Positions 11,125 through 23,057 of a stretch of 38,218 nt of DNA are shown here, one piece after another (the first letter of the stretch is position 1; each line of letters starts with the position of its first letter). Position numbers and translations under genes: made by a program. The stretch spans positions 49,640,885 to 49,679,102 of the forward strand of contig NC_068986.1 of assembly GCF_001194135.2 (NCBI RefSeq). The letters are read 5' to 3'. The notes beneath the pieces were generated by a model. The model was not told the DNA's origin, did not search any database, and worked only from the letters and a program-made list of their open reading frames with translations. The stretch comes from Octopus bimaculoides (taxonomy: Eukaryota).

Positions 11125-11400
11125 GGCACAGTATGGCCTAATGGTTAAGAAGATAACATCATAACTATGCCATCTGGGGTTCAATCCCACTGTGTGGCAT
11201 TTTGGGCAAGAAAGACTCCTTTCTACCAGTCTCAGGCTGACTTCTAGCTTGTGAGTGAGAATGGGTGGATGGACGCTGTATAGATACTTGTCAGATGGAT
11301 TGTGTCTGTAATTTAAAAGGTAGAGCCTTTCCACAAGCATACTGTGTGTGAAGTGAGTCAACCTAGGAACTGCATTTACGGTGCATATGTTCCTGGAATA
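11125..11400 (+). mobile_element. Chimeric SINE: family A-like head with family C-like tail
   Basis: Head GGTTCAATCCCACTGTGTGGCATTTTGGGCAAG resembles A; tail TGTAATTTAAAAGGTAGAGCC..CTAGGAACTGCATTTACGGTGCA resembles the reverse complement of 35924-36000. Confidence 0.5.
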
Positions 11401-11412
11401 CACCCAATTTGC

Positions 11413-12128
11413 CTTAACATTTTAAGAATCAGATTACTATGCGAAATGTAATGCCTATTTATTCGCATTGTTTTCTAAAAATTCATCATCTTCATCATTT
11501 AGTATGTTTTCCATGCTAGCATGGATAAGACAGTTTGACTGGGGCTGGTAAGCTGGAGAGCTGCACCAGGATCCAGTCTATTTTGACTTGGTTTCTATGG
11601 CTGGATGCCCTTCTTAATGCCAACCACGCCACAGAAAGTACCAGGTTCCAGTCTGTATTGGCTTGGTCTCTATGGCTAGATGCACTTCCTAATGCCAACC
11701 GCTCCACAAAGTGTACCAGGCTGCAATCTGTTTCAGCTTGGTTTCTATGGTTGGCTGCCCTTCCTAACGCCAACGCCACCAAGTGTACAGTGTCTTTCAC
11801 ATGTCACCAGCACTGACCACAACTATGATTTCACTTAGCTCAAAGTGTCTTCTCAAGCACAGAAAATCACCAAAGGTCTCAACCACTGGTCATCACCTCT
11901 GTGAAACTCAACACCAAAAGATCACACTTCACCACCTTGTCCCACATCTTCTTCCACAGGTCCCTCCACAGTTAGAGATATTTTGAAATAATCGTAGCTT
12001 CGATGTGATTGTTTATTTTTAGAATGACATTGCAGGGTAGGTATGAAAGGCCAGACCTCGATAGTTTTAGCATAAAGCAGTTTGAATATTTGGGTCCAAT
12101 ATGGCCAGTTTAAATGCTAAAGGGTCAA
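11413..12128. mobile_element. piggyBac-like MITE split by an RTE insertion (halves 11413-11470 and 11975-12128)
   Basis: Both halves align to the contiguous copy at 19334-19567; right end AATGCTAAAGGG. Confidence 0.65.
11483..11965 (-). mobile_element. RTE LINE 3' end (ORF2 C-terminus plus 3' UTR) with an internal 75-bp triplication
   Basis: Minus-strand translation KMWDKVVKCDLLVLSFTEVMTSG*DLW*FSVLEKT; repeat units begin at 11565, 11640, 11715. Confidence 0.8.
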
Positions 12129-12160
12129 ATGTCATTAAAATAAAAACCACATTAGATGAT

Positions 12161-12545
12161 GTAGGCACAGGAGTGGCTGTGTGGTAAGTAGCTTGCTTAC
12201 CAACCACATGGTTCCGGGTTCATTCCCATTGCGTGGCATCTTAGGCAAGTGTCTTCTCCTATAGCCTCGGGACAACCAAAGCCTTGTGAGTGGATTTGGT
12301 AGACGGAAACTGAAAGAAACCTGTCGTATATAGGTATTTATATGTATGTGTATATGTTTGTCCCCCCAACATCGCTTGACAACCGATGGCGGTGTGTTTA
12401 CGTCCCCGTAACTTAGCGGTTTGGCAAAAGAGACTGATGGAATAGGTACTAGGCTTACAAAGAATAAGTTCTGGGGTCGATTTGCTCGACTAAAGGTGGT
12501 GCTCCAGCATGGCCGCAGTCAAATGACTGAAACAAGTAAAAGAGA
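12161..12545 (+). mobile_element. SINE family A, full length
   Basis: tRNA-like head (TGGCTGTGTGG; GGTTCATTCCC), TTAGGCAAGTGTCTT block, internal (TA/TG)n, tail ending GACTGAAACAAGTAAAAGAG. Confidence 0.9.
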
Positions 12546-12669
12546 GTATATAGATGCAGTAAAGTGCTTCTAGAAAAGACAGGATGGTTACAAGTATAAA
12601 AAGCTTTTTGATTATATATAGGTCAGCAACGGTCAGGGTTGGTCTAGGGTTAAAATGTAACACCAACAA

Positions 12670-13200
12670 CTACTGTAAAACAAACATCTCCATGACAATA
12701 ACCTCACCGCTCCTACCATGACCAATGCTATCTACAACAGTAATAAGTATCGTATCACCAATATAATTGTCATAAAACCCTACCACCACCACCACTATTA
12801 CTACAACTACCACCATCATCACTATTAGTACTACTACTACTACTACGATAAGCATTATACTGACCCCCACTACTGTAATAACTCATACTATCGACCACTA
12901 TGGCTATTCCTCCCATGACCACCAGTACTACTACTACTACTACTACTACTAAAGCCTCAACCACAGCTACTGCAGAGTATACTCTAATGGATACTGCTAC
13001 TACTACAATAACCCTCATCCTCATAAATACTGACACCACCACAACCATTATAACAACTACAAGGATTGTTATGGTCACTACTACCACAAAAACTATTCTA
13101 CCACCACCACCACCACCACCACCATCATAACACTTACAACTACTATCATAAGCAACATTATTATTATTATTATGAAAATCACTGCCGCCACCAGCACTAC
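12670..13200. repeat. Cryptic (ACT/ACC/AAC)n trinucleotide low-complexity tract
   Basis: Direct inspection; source of the poly-T/poly-V pseudo-ORFs. Confidence 0.85.
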
Positions 13201-13589
13201 CATTTTCCAGATCAATTTCAAACAAGTCAGACACGGGATTTTTCATTTATTACAAGTGACAGGATTAGTTACAAGACACACACACAGGCACACATGCCTA
13301 CACCTTGTGTATTAAGACACGGAATACCAGACACACATCCATATACACCTTTATACAAATATACTCTCACATAACACACACACACACTGACCTAGTAATC
13401 CACTTTACACAACAACAACAACACAGACACACACACACCAGATGTAAAACAGAGCAGTCACAGTCAGCACATGTCATATGTATACACTAATATAAGCTGT
13501 CCCCTTCATTCTACGCTGCCAATGCAGACTCACTTGCACGTGCAGACACCTCGCACAACAGCATACATCATCATCATCATCATCATCAC

Positions 13590-14060
13590 ACACACACGCA
13601 CACATATCACATGCATACACATACTCACAAAGATACAGCAAATACAAATTCACACAACATACACCACACATAATTGCATACACCAGGCAGTACACATTCA
13701 CCAAACACACACACATGTATCACACACACACACATACATACATACATACATACAAACGTACAGCAAATACAAAGATCAGACAACACATGTGTGTCTGTAC
13801 AGATTATCATACAAACACACACACACACACACACATCACATGCATACACATACTCACAAACGTACAGCAAACACAAATTCACACAACATACACCAGGTAT
13901 ACACATACATCAAACACATACACATGTATCACACACATACATATACATACAAACATACAGTAAAAATACAAAACTCACACAACATACATGTGTCTGTACA
14001 GATCATCATACAAACACACACACACACACGCACACACATACAAACATACACCAAACGCAA
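13590..14060. repeat. CA-rich complex tandem duplication, ~200-230-bp period
   Basis: TCACATGCATACACATACTCACAAA at ~13607 and ~13836; GTGTCTGTACAGAT at ~13791 and ~13990. Confidence 0.75.
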
Positions 14061-14399
14061 ATTTACATAACATACACACGTCCTTACACTCACACTACAC
14101 ACATACACCATCCCATGATAACACCCAAATACATATACACGCAAAGATATACACACACAATGCTAATACACAAAACTGCATGCACTCACACAAGCATCAC
14201 AACACTACACACACACACACACACACACACACAATATAGCACATTACACCGTACGCACAAATGCAGAGCACAGCACACAACTACAGTCACACACCACCAC
14301 CACCACCACCATCGCCACCACATCACAGTGGCCATCAATCAATCCCAAAGCCATAAATTTATCAAGCAAAGATAAACGCCATTTTTATATGCTCCATAG

Positions 14400-14930
14400 T
14401 GAAACTAGAGTTAGTAGTGGTAGTAGCAGTGGTAGCAATGATGGCAGTGATGATGATGGTGATGATGATGATAGCAGTGATGGTGGTGGCTATAATGATG
14501 ATGATGGTGGTAGTGATACTGATGATGATTATGGTGTAATGGTTGTGGCGGTGTTGGTGGTATAGTGGCAGCGTTAGCAATTATTTAGTAGAGGTAATTG
14601 TTGTTGTAAGTAGTAGTAGTAGTAGCAGTACTAGTAGTTGTAATTTAGTAGTGATGGCTAATGTGGTAGTAAATTTAAGAGGTGGTCATGGTGCTTTCTA
14701 CGGCATTATTGCTACTGTGATAGTGATTGTAGGTGGTGATGGTGTTGGTGTTGGCTATGGTGATAATAAAAGTAGTGGAGATTACATTGGTAGTGACTGT
14801 AAAAGTAGTTAATAATAATATCTGTGGTAGTGATTCTAGAGAAGTGACTATAAGCAGTGTTGTAGTAATTGCCATAGTGATTACAGAGGTCATAGTCGTA
14901 CTTGGTGGTAGTAGTAATAGTAGCAATTAT
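14400..14930. repeat. Cryptic (GTA/GTG/GAT)n low-complexity tract
   Basis: Direct inspection. Confidence 0.85.
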
Positions 14931-14987
14931 TGCTTAACTCCTGGAGAAAATCCAAATTGAGCAGGACCTGTAATCAAAGACACAAAA

Positions 14988-15137
14988 ACCGGTGCAGTTT
15001 TGGCCATATGGTTAAGAAGCTTGTTTCCCAACCATGTGTTCTTAGGTTCAATCACACTGGGTGGCACCCTGGGCAAACGTCTGGGATTATAGTCCCAGGT
15101 TCAAACAAAGCCTTGAGAGTGGATTTGGTAGATGGAA
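14988..15137 (+). mobile_element. SINE family A, 5' half, truncated at the next element
   Basis: Head through GTGGATTTGGTAGATGGAA, then an abrupt switch at 15138. Confidence 0.7.
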
Positions 15138-15552
15138 GGGGGTACTATTCAAGAAGAGTGGTCCCGGTGTGCGCACTCGCACTTCCACGCTAGCTAGTCG
15201 TGACTAGTTGATCCTACAACAACTATCTAGCGTGAATGCACATATGCACAAAACATGTAAACAAAGTAAATAAAACAGTAAATAATTTTTTTTTGTAGAA
15301 TCTTCCCCCATCTTAAAACGTCGTAAAAAAATTATTTACTTTGTTTAGAAAAAACGGTAAATTTTCAGATTAACATCCGCACGATTTTCACTAGGGTGTT
15401 AGGGTTAGTGTTTTAGGGTCAGGGTTAGGGTTAAGGTTAGGGTTTAGGGTTATGGTTAAGGTCTTAGGGTTAGGGTTAGAGAGATGAATAAGAAGAGCAA
15501 CAAAAACAACAGAAAAAAAATTGCGAGAGGTCTTTTAGAACTGGGAAAGTAC
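15138..15552. mobile_element. Putative non-autonomous DNA transposon with an internal (TTAGGG)n array
   Basis: Left end GGGGTACTATTC; right end reverse-complements to GTACTTTC (short imperfect inverted termini); CpG-containing interior; no TSD recognised. Confidence 0.4.
15392..15479 (+). repeat. Interstitial telomere-like (TTAGGG)n, ~14 degenerate units
   Basis: TTAGGG, TCAGGG, TTAAGG, TTATGG units read directly. Confidence 0.9.
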
Positions 15553-15556
15553 TTAC

Positions 15557-15654
15557 TGGTTAGAGGCTGATGACAATCAGAGCTTCAAGAATGGGAGCAC
15601 CAAATGCTTGAGGGAAATCACCACCACACAGATATCCTCCCAACGATGTACCAC
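15557..15654 (-). other. Candidate 98-nt spliced exon of an unidentified transcript
   Basis: Strong acceptor TTTTATTGTTTCTTCTTACAG|G and donor CCA|GTAAGT. The phase-1 frame reads GTSLGGYLCGGDFPQAFGAPILEALIVISL then TAA; all three frames contain a stop. No protein recognised. Confidence 0.4.
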
Positions 15655-15693
15655 CTGTAAGAAGAAACAATAAAAGTAATAATAATAACAATG

Positions 15694-15725
<32 letters not shown>

Positions 15726-15727
<2 letters not shown>

Positions 15728-16095
15728 GAGCACTCAGAGAGCGCAAACCTCTGCCAAGGCAACACCAACGTCCTCTCAACAATTAGCTGGAGATGATTTT
15801 TAAAATGAGAATATCTGAAATATACTTGACTGCTTTTACAAAAGAGAATGCTAAAAATGAACCTAACTGCTTTCAAAAATTAAGTTAAAAAACAGGAAAA
15901 ATAATCCAGAATCCTTGTCCGGTGCCAAATTGATCTCAAAATCTAATCAGTTTGTGCCAATCATGAGGCCAAACAACCCTGGAAGTTTCATCCGAATCCA
16001 TCCAGCGATTCTTGAGATATCTTGTCCACGGACAAACAAACAAACAAACATGACTGATAACAGTAACTCCGCCTTCGCTAAGGCAGAGGTAATAA
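15726..16095 (+). mobile_element. Non-autonomous Helentron-like (HINE/DINE-type) element
   Basis: Subterminal inverted repeat ACCTCTGCC (15747-15755) / GGCAGAGGT (16082-16090), 3' hairpin CTCCGCCTT-CGCT-AAGGCAGAG (16067-16088), (CAAA)n tract, inserted in (AAT)n without a distinct TSD. Confidence 0.6.
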
Positions 16096-16171
16096 TCTTG
16101 GCATCTTAAGGTTACTTGTTGTAGCCTGATGTTAGGATTTTTTCTTCTCCAACAGTCTAATCTGTTGAGTG

Positions 16172-16206
<35 letters not shown>

Positions 16207-16232
16207 CATAATAATAATAATAATAATAATGG

Positions 16233-16433
16233 TTTCAAATTTTGTTACAAGGCCAGCAATTTTGGGGCAGGGAATAAATTGATTAAATCAACCCCAACAT
16301 TTACCGGTACTTATTTTAGCGATCCCGAAAGGACAACAGTTAAAGTCAACCTCAGCAGAATCTGAACTCAGAACATAAAGATGGACAAAATGTCACTAAA
16401 AATTTTGCCTGGCATGCTCTGCCAGCTCACCGC
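16233..16433 (-). mobile_element. SINE family B, full length, embedded in (AAT)n
   Basis: Head, central domain and tail all present; (AAT)n on both flanks. Confidence 0.85.
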
Positions 16434-16524
16434 AATAATAATAATAATAATAATAATAACAATAACAATAACAATAACAATAACAATAACAATAATAATA
16501 ATAATAATAATAATAATGCTGGTT

Positions 16525-16725
16525 TAAAATTTTGGCACAAGGCCAGCAAATTTGGGGGAGGGGATGAATTCATTAAATCGACACCAGCATTCACCTGGTA
16601 CTTATTCTATCGACCCTGAAAGGGTGAAAGGCAATGTCAACCTAAACAGAGTTTGAACTCAGAGTGTAAAGATAGACAAAATGCTGCAAAGCAATTTTGC
16701 CAGCTGTGCTAACCATTCTGCCAAT
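16525..16725 (-). mobile_element. SINE family B, full length, head-to-tail with the previous copy
   Basis: Same modules; separated from the previous copy only by (AAT/AAC)n at 16434-16517. Confidence 0.85.
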
Positions 16726-16849
16726 AACGATAGAGACCATCACCACCATTACCAAGAGCCAACAAAAGAAGCTTCTATATGGTGACTTAATAGGCAAAAT
16801 AATAGGCAATTCTTTCTCCCAAATCAAACTTTATCATTTAAAAAACACA

Positions 16850-17067
16850 TAGGCGTAGGGGTGGTTGTGTGGTGGGTAGCTTGCTTACCAACCTCATGGT
16901 TCCGGGTTCAGTCCCACTGCGTGGCACCTTGGGCAAGTGTCTTCTACTGTAGCCTCGGGCCAACCAAGGCCTTGTGGGTGAATTTGGTAGACAGAAACTG
17001 AAAGAAGCCTGTCGTATATATGTATATATATCTATATCTATCTATCTATATATACATATATATACAC

Positions 17068-17111
<44 letters not shown>

Positions 17112-17325
17112 GTGTATGTGTTTGTCCCCCCAACATCGCCTGACAACCGATGCTGGTGTGTTTATGTCCCCATGACTTAGTGGTTCGGCAAAAGGGAGAC
17201 CGATAGAATAAGTACTAGGCTTCCAAAGAATAAGTCCTGGGATCGATTTGCTCGACTAAAGGCAGTGCTCCAGTATGGCCACGGTCAAAAGACTGAAACA
17301 AGTAAAAGAGTAAAAGAGTAAAGAG
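16850..17325 (+). mobile_element. SINE family A, full length
   Basis: Colinear with 12161-12545; expanded internal (TA)n(TG)n. Confidence 0.9.
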
Positions 17326-18000
17326 AGAAGGCAGAGGCCATATGGGATAATAAATCTTAAATAAATGTTTGTAAAACCAACAGGTTGGTCATATCTGGAA
17401 TGCCAGTGACCATACATTTGTAGAGTCAAGACCAACTTGGGGCTAAAAATATCGAACATCGTCATCATCATAGTCATCACTATCAACAATAACAGCACCA
17501 TTGGCATCACTGAAATGTAAACAGCAATACAGTAATAATCAATGTTTCTAGCCACCTCTCAATAGAAAAGACATCAAGAACTGTCTCTCCTGTTCTCCCA
17601 ACACAAAGCATCATCTGACATGTGCAAAAGTTGGGATGCTCCAGCAGAGGCTAACCTACAGGGAATGTGTTTCTAGTTAGACTAGCCTTCACCATTCATC
17701 ACCGTCAATATCGATATGCTTTTCTTTATCTATTCACAATCACCACCAATACAGACTCGTTATTAAAATCTCCTCCTCGTTATTATCAGTAGTAGCATCA
17801 AGAAAAGCAATCAGTGAGAAGCTTAGCGAGAAAATCCCTCCAAGTTGCTAAAATGTGAGATTCAAAGTGTAATGGGTGCAAATTGCCATGGCAGCAGCAC
17901 TATGGAAGTTACATTATTTCTGGCAAAAAGCAAGAGTTTTCTTTCTCTATTCTGCATTGCTGTTGAAGGTTGAAGGTAAACATGGTCAAGAAAGACAGAA

Positions 18001-18031
<31 letters not shown>

Positions 18032-18358
18032 CTGGGGTAAGAGGAATAAAGGAGACAATAACAAAGAGAACAAGAGTGATAAGAAAGAGAAAGAGTGAGA
18101 GAGAGAAAGTGAGAGTGAGTGATAGACAGCTACATGTTGTTTGTTGGTAAAGAGATTGAATATAAGACAGCAGGAAGCGTGATGGGAAAAGACAGAATAA
18201 TGAAAATAAAAAACAAAAGGTGTCAACAATGTGTGATAGAGGAGAGAGTAATGAGAGACAGCGAGTGAGGGATACTAATAAAGATAAGAGAGAGAGAGAG
18301 AGAGAGAGCAAAGAATTTCAACAAATGATAGGAGAGAGAGAAAATGCATGATATATAG

Positions 18359-18591
18359 CGATGGTTCTCAACCATTTTTTCCCTAAGGGCCACTTTGATT
18401 CTAGCTTTACTCTACTGGATCCCTATAGCTATTCGGTGTTTAAAAAGAATCATGTTTTTATGATTAAAGTATTGTTAAGAATTATATTGAAAAAATTGTT
18501 AAAATATTTTGTATATTGTAGAAGTATAAACCAATTCATTGCAAATAAACTCCAACAGCAAAACCTTATATGAACCTCCAGAGAATCACTG
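18359..18591. mobile_element. hAT/Charlie-type MITE, internally deleted
   Basis: Ends CGATGGTTCTCAACC ... GAGAATCACTG; interior aligns to 30651-30740; no matching TSD. Confidence 0.6.
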
Positions 18592-18623
18592 AAAAATAAC
18601 AGTAAAAAAGGGTCTGAAAACAG

Positions 18624-18985
18624 ACGGCTGTGTGGTAAGTAGCTTGCTTACGAACCACATGGTTCCGGGTTCATTCCCACTGCGTGGTACCTTGGGCAAG
18701 TGTCTTCTACTATAGCCTTGGGCTGACCAAAGCCTTGTGAGTGGATTTGGTAGACAGAAACTGAAAGAAGCCTGTCGTATGTGTGTGTGTATGTGTTTGT
18801 CCCCCCAACATCACTTGACAACCAATGCTGGTGTGTTTCCGTCCCCATAACTTAGCAGTTCGGCAAAAGAGACCGACAGAATAAGTACTAGGCTTCCAAA
18901 GAATAAGTCCCGGGGTCGATTTTCTCGACTAAAAGTGGTGCTCCAGCATGGCCGCAGTCAAATGACTGAAACAAGTAAAAGAGTA
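18624..18985 (+). mobile_element. SINE family A, near full length
   Basis: Colinear with 12161-12545. Confidence 0.9.
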
Positions 18986-19333
18986 TATCCCACACAACCC
19001 CTGCCAGGATGGAAAACAGATATTAAATAATGATGATGATGATGTCATAAAAGGAAATACATAAACCAACATTTCTATCCACTTGGAATACTCAGCACTG
19101 CCAACATATATTGTCACATATCCTAAGCAATGCAGAATTCTCTGCAGCACACACCATCTGATTGCACTTATACCCACATTTCCTCTCAGCCCATTCATGT
19201 CCTGTTGATTGTATGCACTAACAATACACATCTAGTGGAACATGTTTGCTTCATTCCTTTCCAGCCTTTGCAAATATTCTGGATTCAATGATTGTGCATA
19301 TGCATGTAGTGTGTGTGTGTGTGTGTGTGTGTG

Positions 19334-19567
19334 TTTACCCCTTTAGTATTCAGGTTACTCTATCAAACGCTGTGCTTATTCAATTTACATTATTTTGAAT
19401 TAATAAAGCGTAATAATTATCATAGCTTTCAGATTTTAATGATGTGATTGTTTAGTTATAGAATGACATTGTAGAGTAAGTGTGAGAAGCCAGAACCAGT
19501 CAGCTTGAACCTAAAACAGATAGAATATCTGGGCCGGATAAGGCTGGTTTAAATGCTAAAGGGTTAA
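19334..19567. mobile_element. piggyBac-like MITE, full length
   Basis: TTTA-CCCCTTTAGTATT ... AATGCTAAAGGG-TTAA: inverted termini with TTAA-type flanks. Confidence 0.75.
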
Positions 19568-20239
19568 TTCTAATAAACTGTGGGGTCCCTGCTGGAGGTT
19601 TCCTTCCTTACAAAGTGTGCCAAGAACCAGTCAACATGCTCCAGAATACTGATGAATAGCAGAAAATTATAAGTAACACATATGGGAGAGAAAAAAAAAC
19701 AAAACAAACTGGCTGAACTGGCGATCAAACCTATATCACAGAAAGTAATGGTAAGAACCTTTTTGCCAGAAGCTTTACTATTATCGTATGGTACTTTGCT
19801 TGTACATTCCACCAAGCAGAGTCCAATTAACAGTGTATGCACAGACAAACACCCATGCATATATACAGTGTGTGTATAGAGTACTAGCAGAGTAACAAAT
19901 ATATAGGAAGTGAATCCAGTCATAGAAGCTATGCCAAAATTGAGACAATAGAATACAATGCAGTGTTATACTTTTATAGTGAATTATTGAAATGTAAGTA
20001 AACTTTTGATGAAATATATTTGAAAAAAAAAAAAAAAGTTAGAATAATTACTGTGACTAAAATTCAATTAATTGGCCAATAATTGAAGTGCCTTATTTTC
20101 TGGGCCTCCTCAAACTCTATTGTACTTCCCAATCCATGGCAGCATGGAAGATGGATGTCAAATGATGATGAGGATGATGATGAACAGTTCGTGGATTACA
20201 TCCAAGAAGACTAAAGCTCAAAACGAAATTCAGTTATAT

Positions 20240-20616
20240 ATTCTTTTCTTCTTTTATTTGTTTCAGTCATTTGACTACGGCCATGCTGGAGCACTGCCTT
20301 TAGTTGAACAAATCGACCCCAGGACTTATTCTTCGTAAGACTAGTACTTATTCATTCTATTGGTCTCTTTTGCCGAACTGCTAGGTTATGGGGATGCAAA
20401 CATACCAACACCGGTTGTCAAGTGATGGTTGGGGGTGGAGGACAAACACAGACACACAAACATATACATATATATATATATATATGATGGGCTTCTTTCA
20501 GTTTCCGTCTTCCAAATCCACTCACAAGGTTTTGGTCAGCCCAAGGTGCCACACAGTGGGACTGAACCCAGAACATTGTGGTTGGTAAGCAAGCTACTTA
20601 CCACACAGTCACTCCT
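20240..20616 (-). mobile_element. SINE family A with a short internal deletion
   Basis: Reverse complement of the A consensus; lacks the GCTATAGTAGAAGACACTT segment, joined at GCCCRAGG microhomology. Confidence 0.85.
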
Positions 20617-20624
20617 CCTATACC

Positions 20625-20669
<45 letters not shown>

Positions 20670-20759
20670 GCACACACACATATATACATACATTTATGCA
20701 TTTGTTTTGCAAGCTTCCTGATGTGGAAGCATATGTTGAAACAGATATGTGCACAGATA

Positions 20760-20900
20760 TCATTATCATCCGTTATTCATTTAATATCTTTTTCCATGCT
20801 AGCATGGCTGGGATGAGAATTGATTTTGAAACAGGATTTTAAAGCTAGATGCTCCCCCTGTTGCCAATCCTCTCACCTACTTTGCAGGCAAGGGTTTTTT
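20760..20900 (-). mobile_element. RTE-type 3' end remnant (shorter ones at ~18990-19045 +, 28575-28635 +, 29655-29775 -, 31935-31985 +)
   Basis: TTTTCCATGCTAGCATGG motif adjacent to a (CAT)n-like tail. Confidence 0.55.
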
Positions 20901-21967
20901 TAAAAAATTTCCTGAGTCTTCAAAAGCACAGAACAACCAGTCATAATGTTGATAAAGAACATCGGCGTCAGCACTTGGAGTTAAACAAAATATCAGCTTT
21001 CATGTACATTTGCAACAATGCACACACATGCACATGCATGCATGCACGTAAGACAGGTTTAATACAGGCTTTGTCTGCCAAATTCACTCACTAACTATTG
21101 AGCAGCTGAGGGCGACAGTAAAAGACACCCAAGGTGCCGACAGAAACGTCAATAAATGAAATTTAATAAAACATGTGTGTGCATGTGCATACGTATGCAT
21201 ACACACATTTGAAATTGGTAATGCAATTACTCATCATGTGACAGACACACAGGTTGGTTCCCATGGAAGGACTAATTCACCTTTCTGTCATTTAGGCCTA
21301 AGCTCATAAATTTCTTACACGCACACACACACACACACACAGAAATCCACACCCACTCATGCGCATGCACACACACACACTAAACATGATAACATCCAGG
21401 AACTATTGAGGACACAACTCCTTCTTGTCTTTCCTTTTTCATTTCTCCCCTTCCAACAATTTTTCATTAAGTCAGCACATGTTTGTTTACTAGAAATAAA
21501 TCAATGCATCCTAACAGTTTGTTTGATGAATTCTTCAAATCTTCAACATGTGTGAGTGTCACAGAAAAGCTACAGTAGCTGCTGCCACTGCTGCAGTCAA
21601 AATGTGCACACAACTGGTTTTAAACAGGTGATTTTAACATCATCTCTACTACTGCATGGACTTATGCAATTTTTCCTCCTCGTGTGCAAGCATTAGCATA
21701 TACCTGGTGCCCTTACACAATCCACTCTCGATGGAGAGGCAAGAAGCCATTGAGCTTTTCAATGCTAAGTACTTAAGGGCCAGCCACATAATGGTATGGC
21801 AACAATCAATCATAGCAGCAAAGAAAGCCCCACTTATTTAGAAATATCCTTTTCCTTCATATTGTCTTATCCAATATTGTCCTATCTTAACCCACTGTTT
21901 TTACCCCTCTCTTTGTGAGTGACTCTCTCTTTCTCCCTCTTTCTTGCTGTAACTTTGCTACTTGTAT

Positions 21968-22007
<40 letters not shown>

Positions 22008-22362
22008 ACTGTGGACAGGTAGGCCCTGTGGAACATTATTTCCTGCAGACTTCAGACTTTTCAAATGTTTCAAAGTGAAAGGAACAGGGAATACAGCCAA
22101 CAAATTCTTGCCAAACGCTAACTCCCTTGTTCCACAACCATCCCCCCACACGTGTGCACACACACACTACTATTTTCACTTTCATTTACACATTAACATG
22201 TGTGTTTGTGAGTGTGTGGTTGTGTACCTTTGTGTGAACATGCACAAGCATTTATCTGAATATAGCCACATGCATGCGTATGTATGTATGTATGTATGTG
22301 CATGTATCTGTTTGTGTATATGCCTGTGTCTGTGTATATGTGAGAACACAATGTATGTTTGA

Positions 22363-22425
<63 letters not shown>

Positions 22426-22797
22426 TGTTTGTGTATGTGAACTTGTGCTTTTGTCTGTGTGCCCATGTGTATGTACAGATGTGCAACTGTGCTTGTGTGT
22501 GTGTACATGTGCCTGAGTGCATGCATTATACCAGAAGAATGCGGTTATGTAGGAGTGTGTGTGGAGCAAGCACATGAAGACACCCTGGGGTAGATGAGTT
22601 AAACAACAACAAAAGCACCAGCAGCAGTAGCAGTGGCAGCAGCAAGCTGACAAGTTTACAATGGTAAGCAGTTGCCGCCAACCAACGTTATAGAAAGAAT
22701 CAGCCACGAGTGGACGGTCTGGATCTTTACAATTCACAACTCGGAAGAAGTTGAAGAAGGATGGAATGATAGTAAAGAGGGACAATGGAGAGAAGTC

Positions 22798-22831
<34 letters not shown>

Positions 22832-23023
22832 GAGAGTGGGGGGAGAGGGAGTAGTGTGTTGAAGTCTTCGAGAGAGAAATAAAAAGATAATTGGTAAGTT
22901 TGGAAGAAAAGGAAAAAGCAGTNNNNNNNNNNNNNNNNNNNNNNNNNNNNNNNNNNNNNNNNNNNNNNNNNNNNNNNNNNNNGGGGGGGGGGCACATACT
23001 GTGATCAGAGCCAGAAATTGAAT

Positions 23024-23057
<34 letters not shown>

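Noticed and set aside
21704-21832. 129-nt open minus-strand segment ending in CAG|GTATAT
   Set aside because: Poor acceptor, unrecognisable peptide, and an equally open antisense frame.
22585-22800. Ser-rich plus-strand stretch with an ATG|GTAAGC donor and adjacent ~50-codon frames
   Set aside because: No credible acceptor; largely (CAG/AGC)n low complexity.
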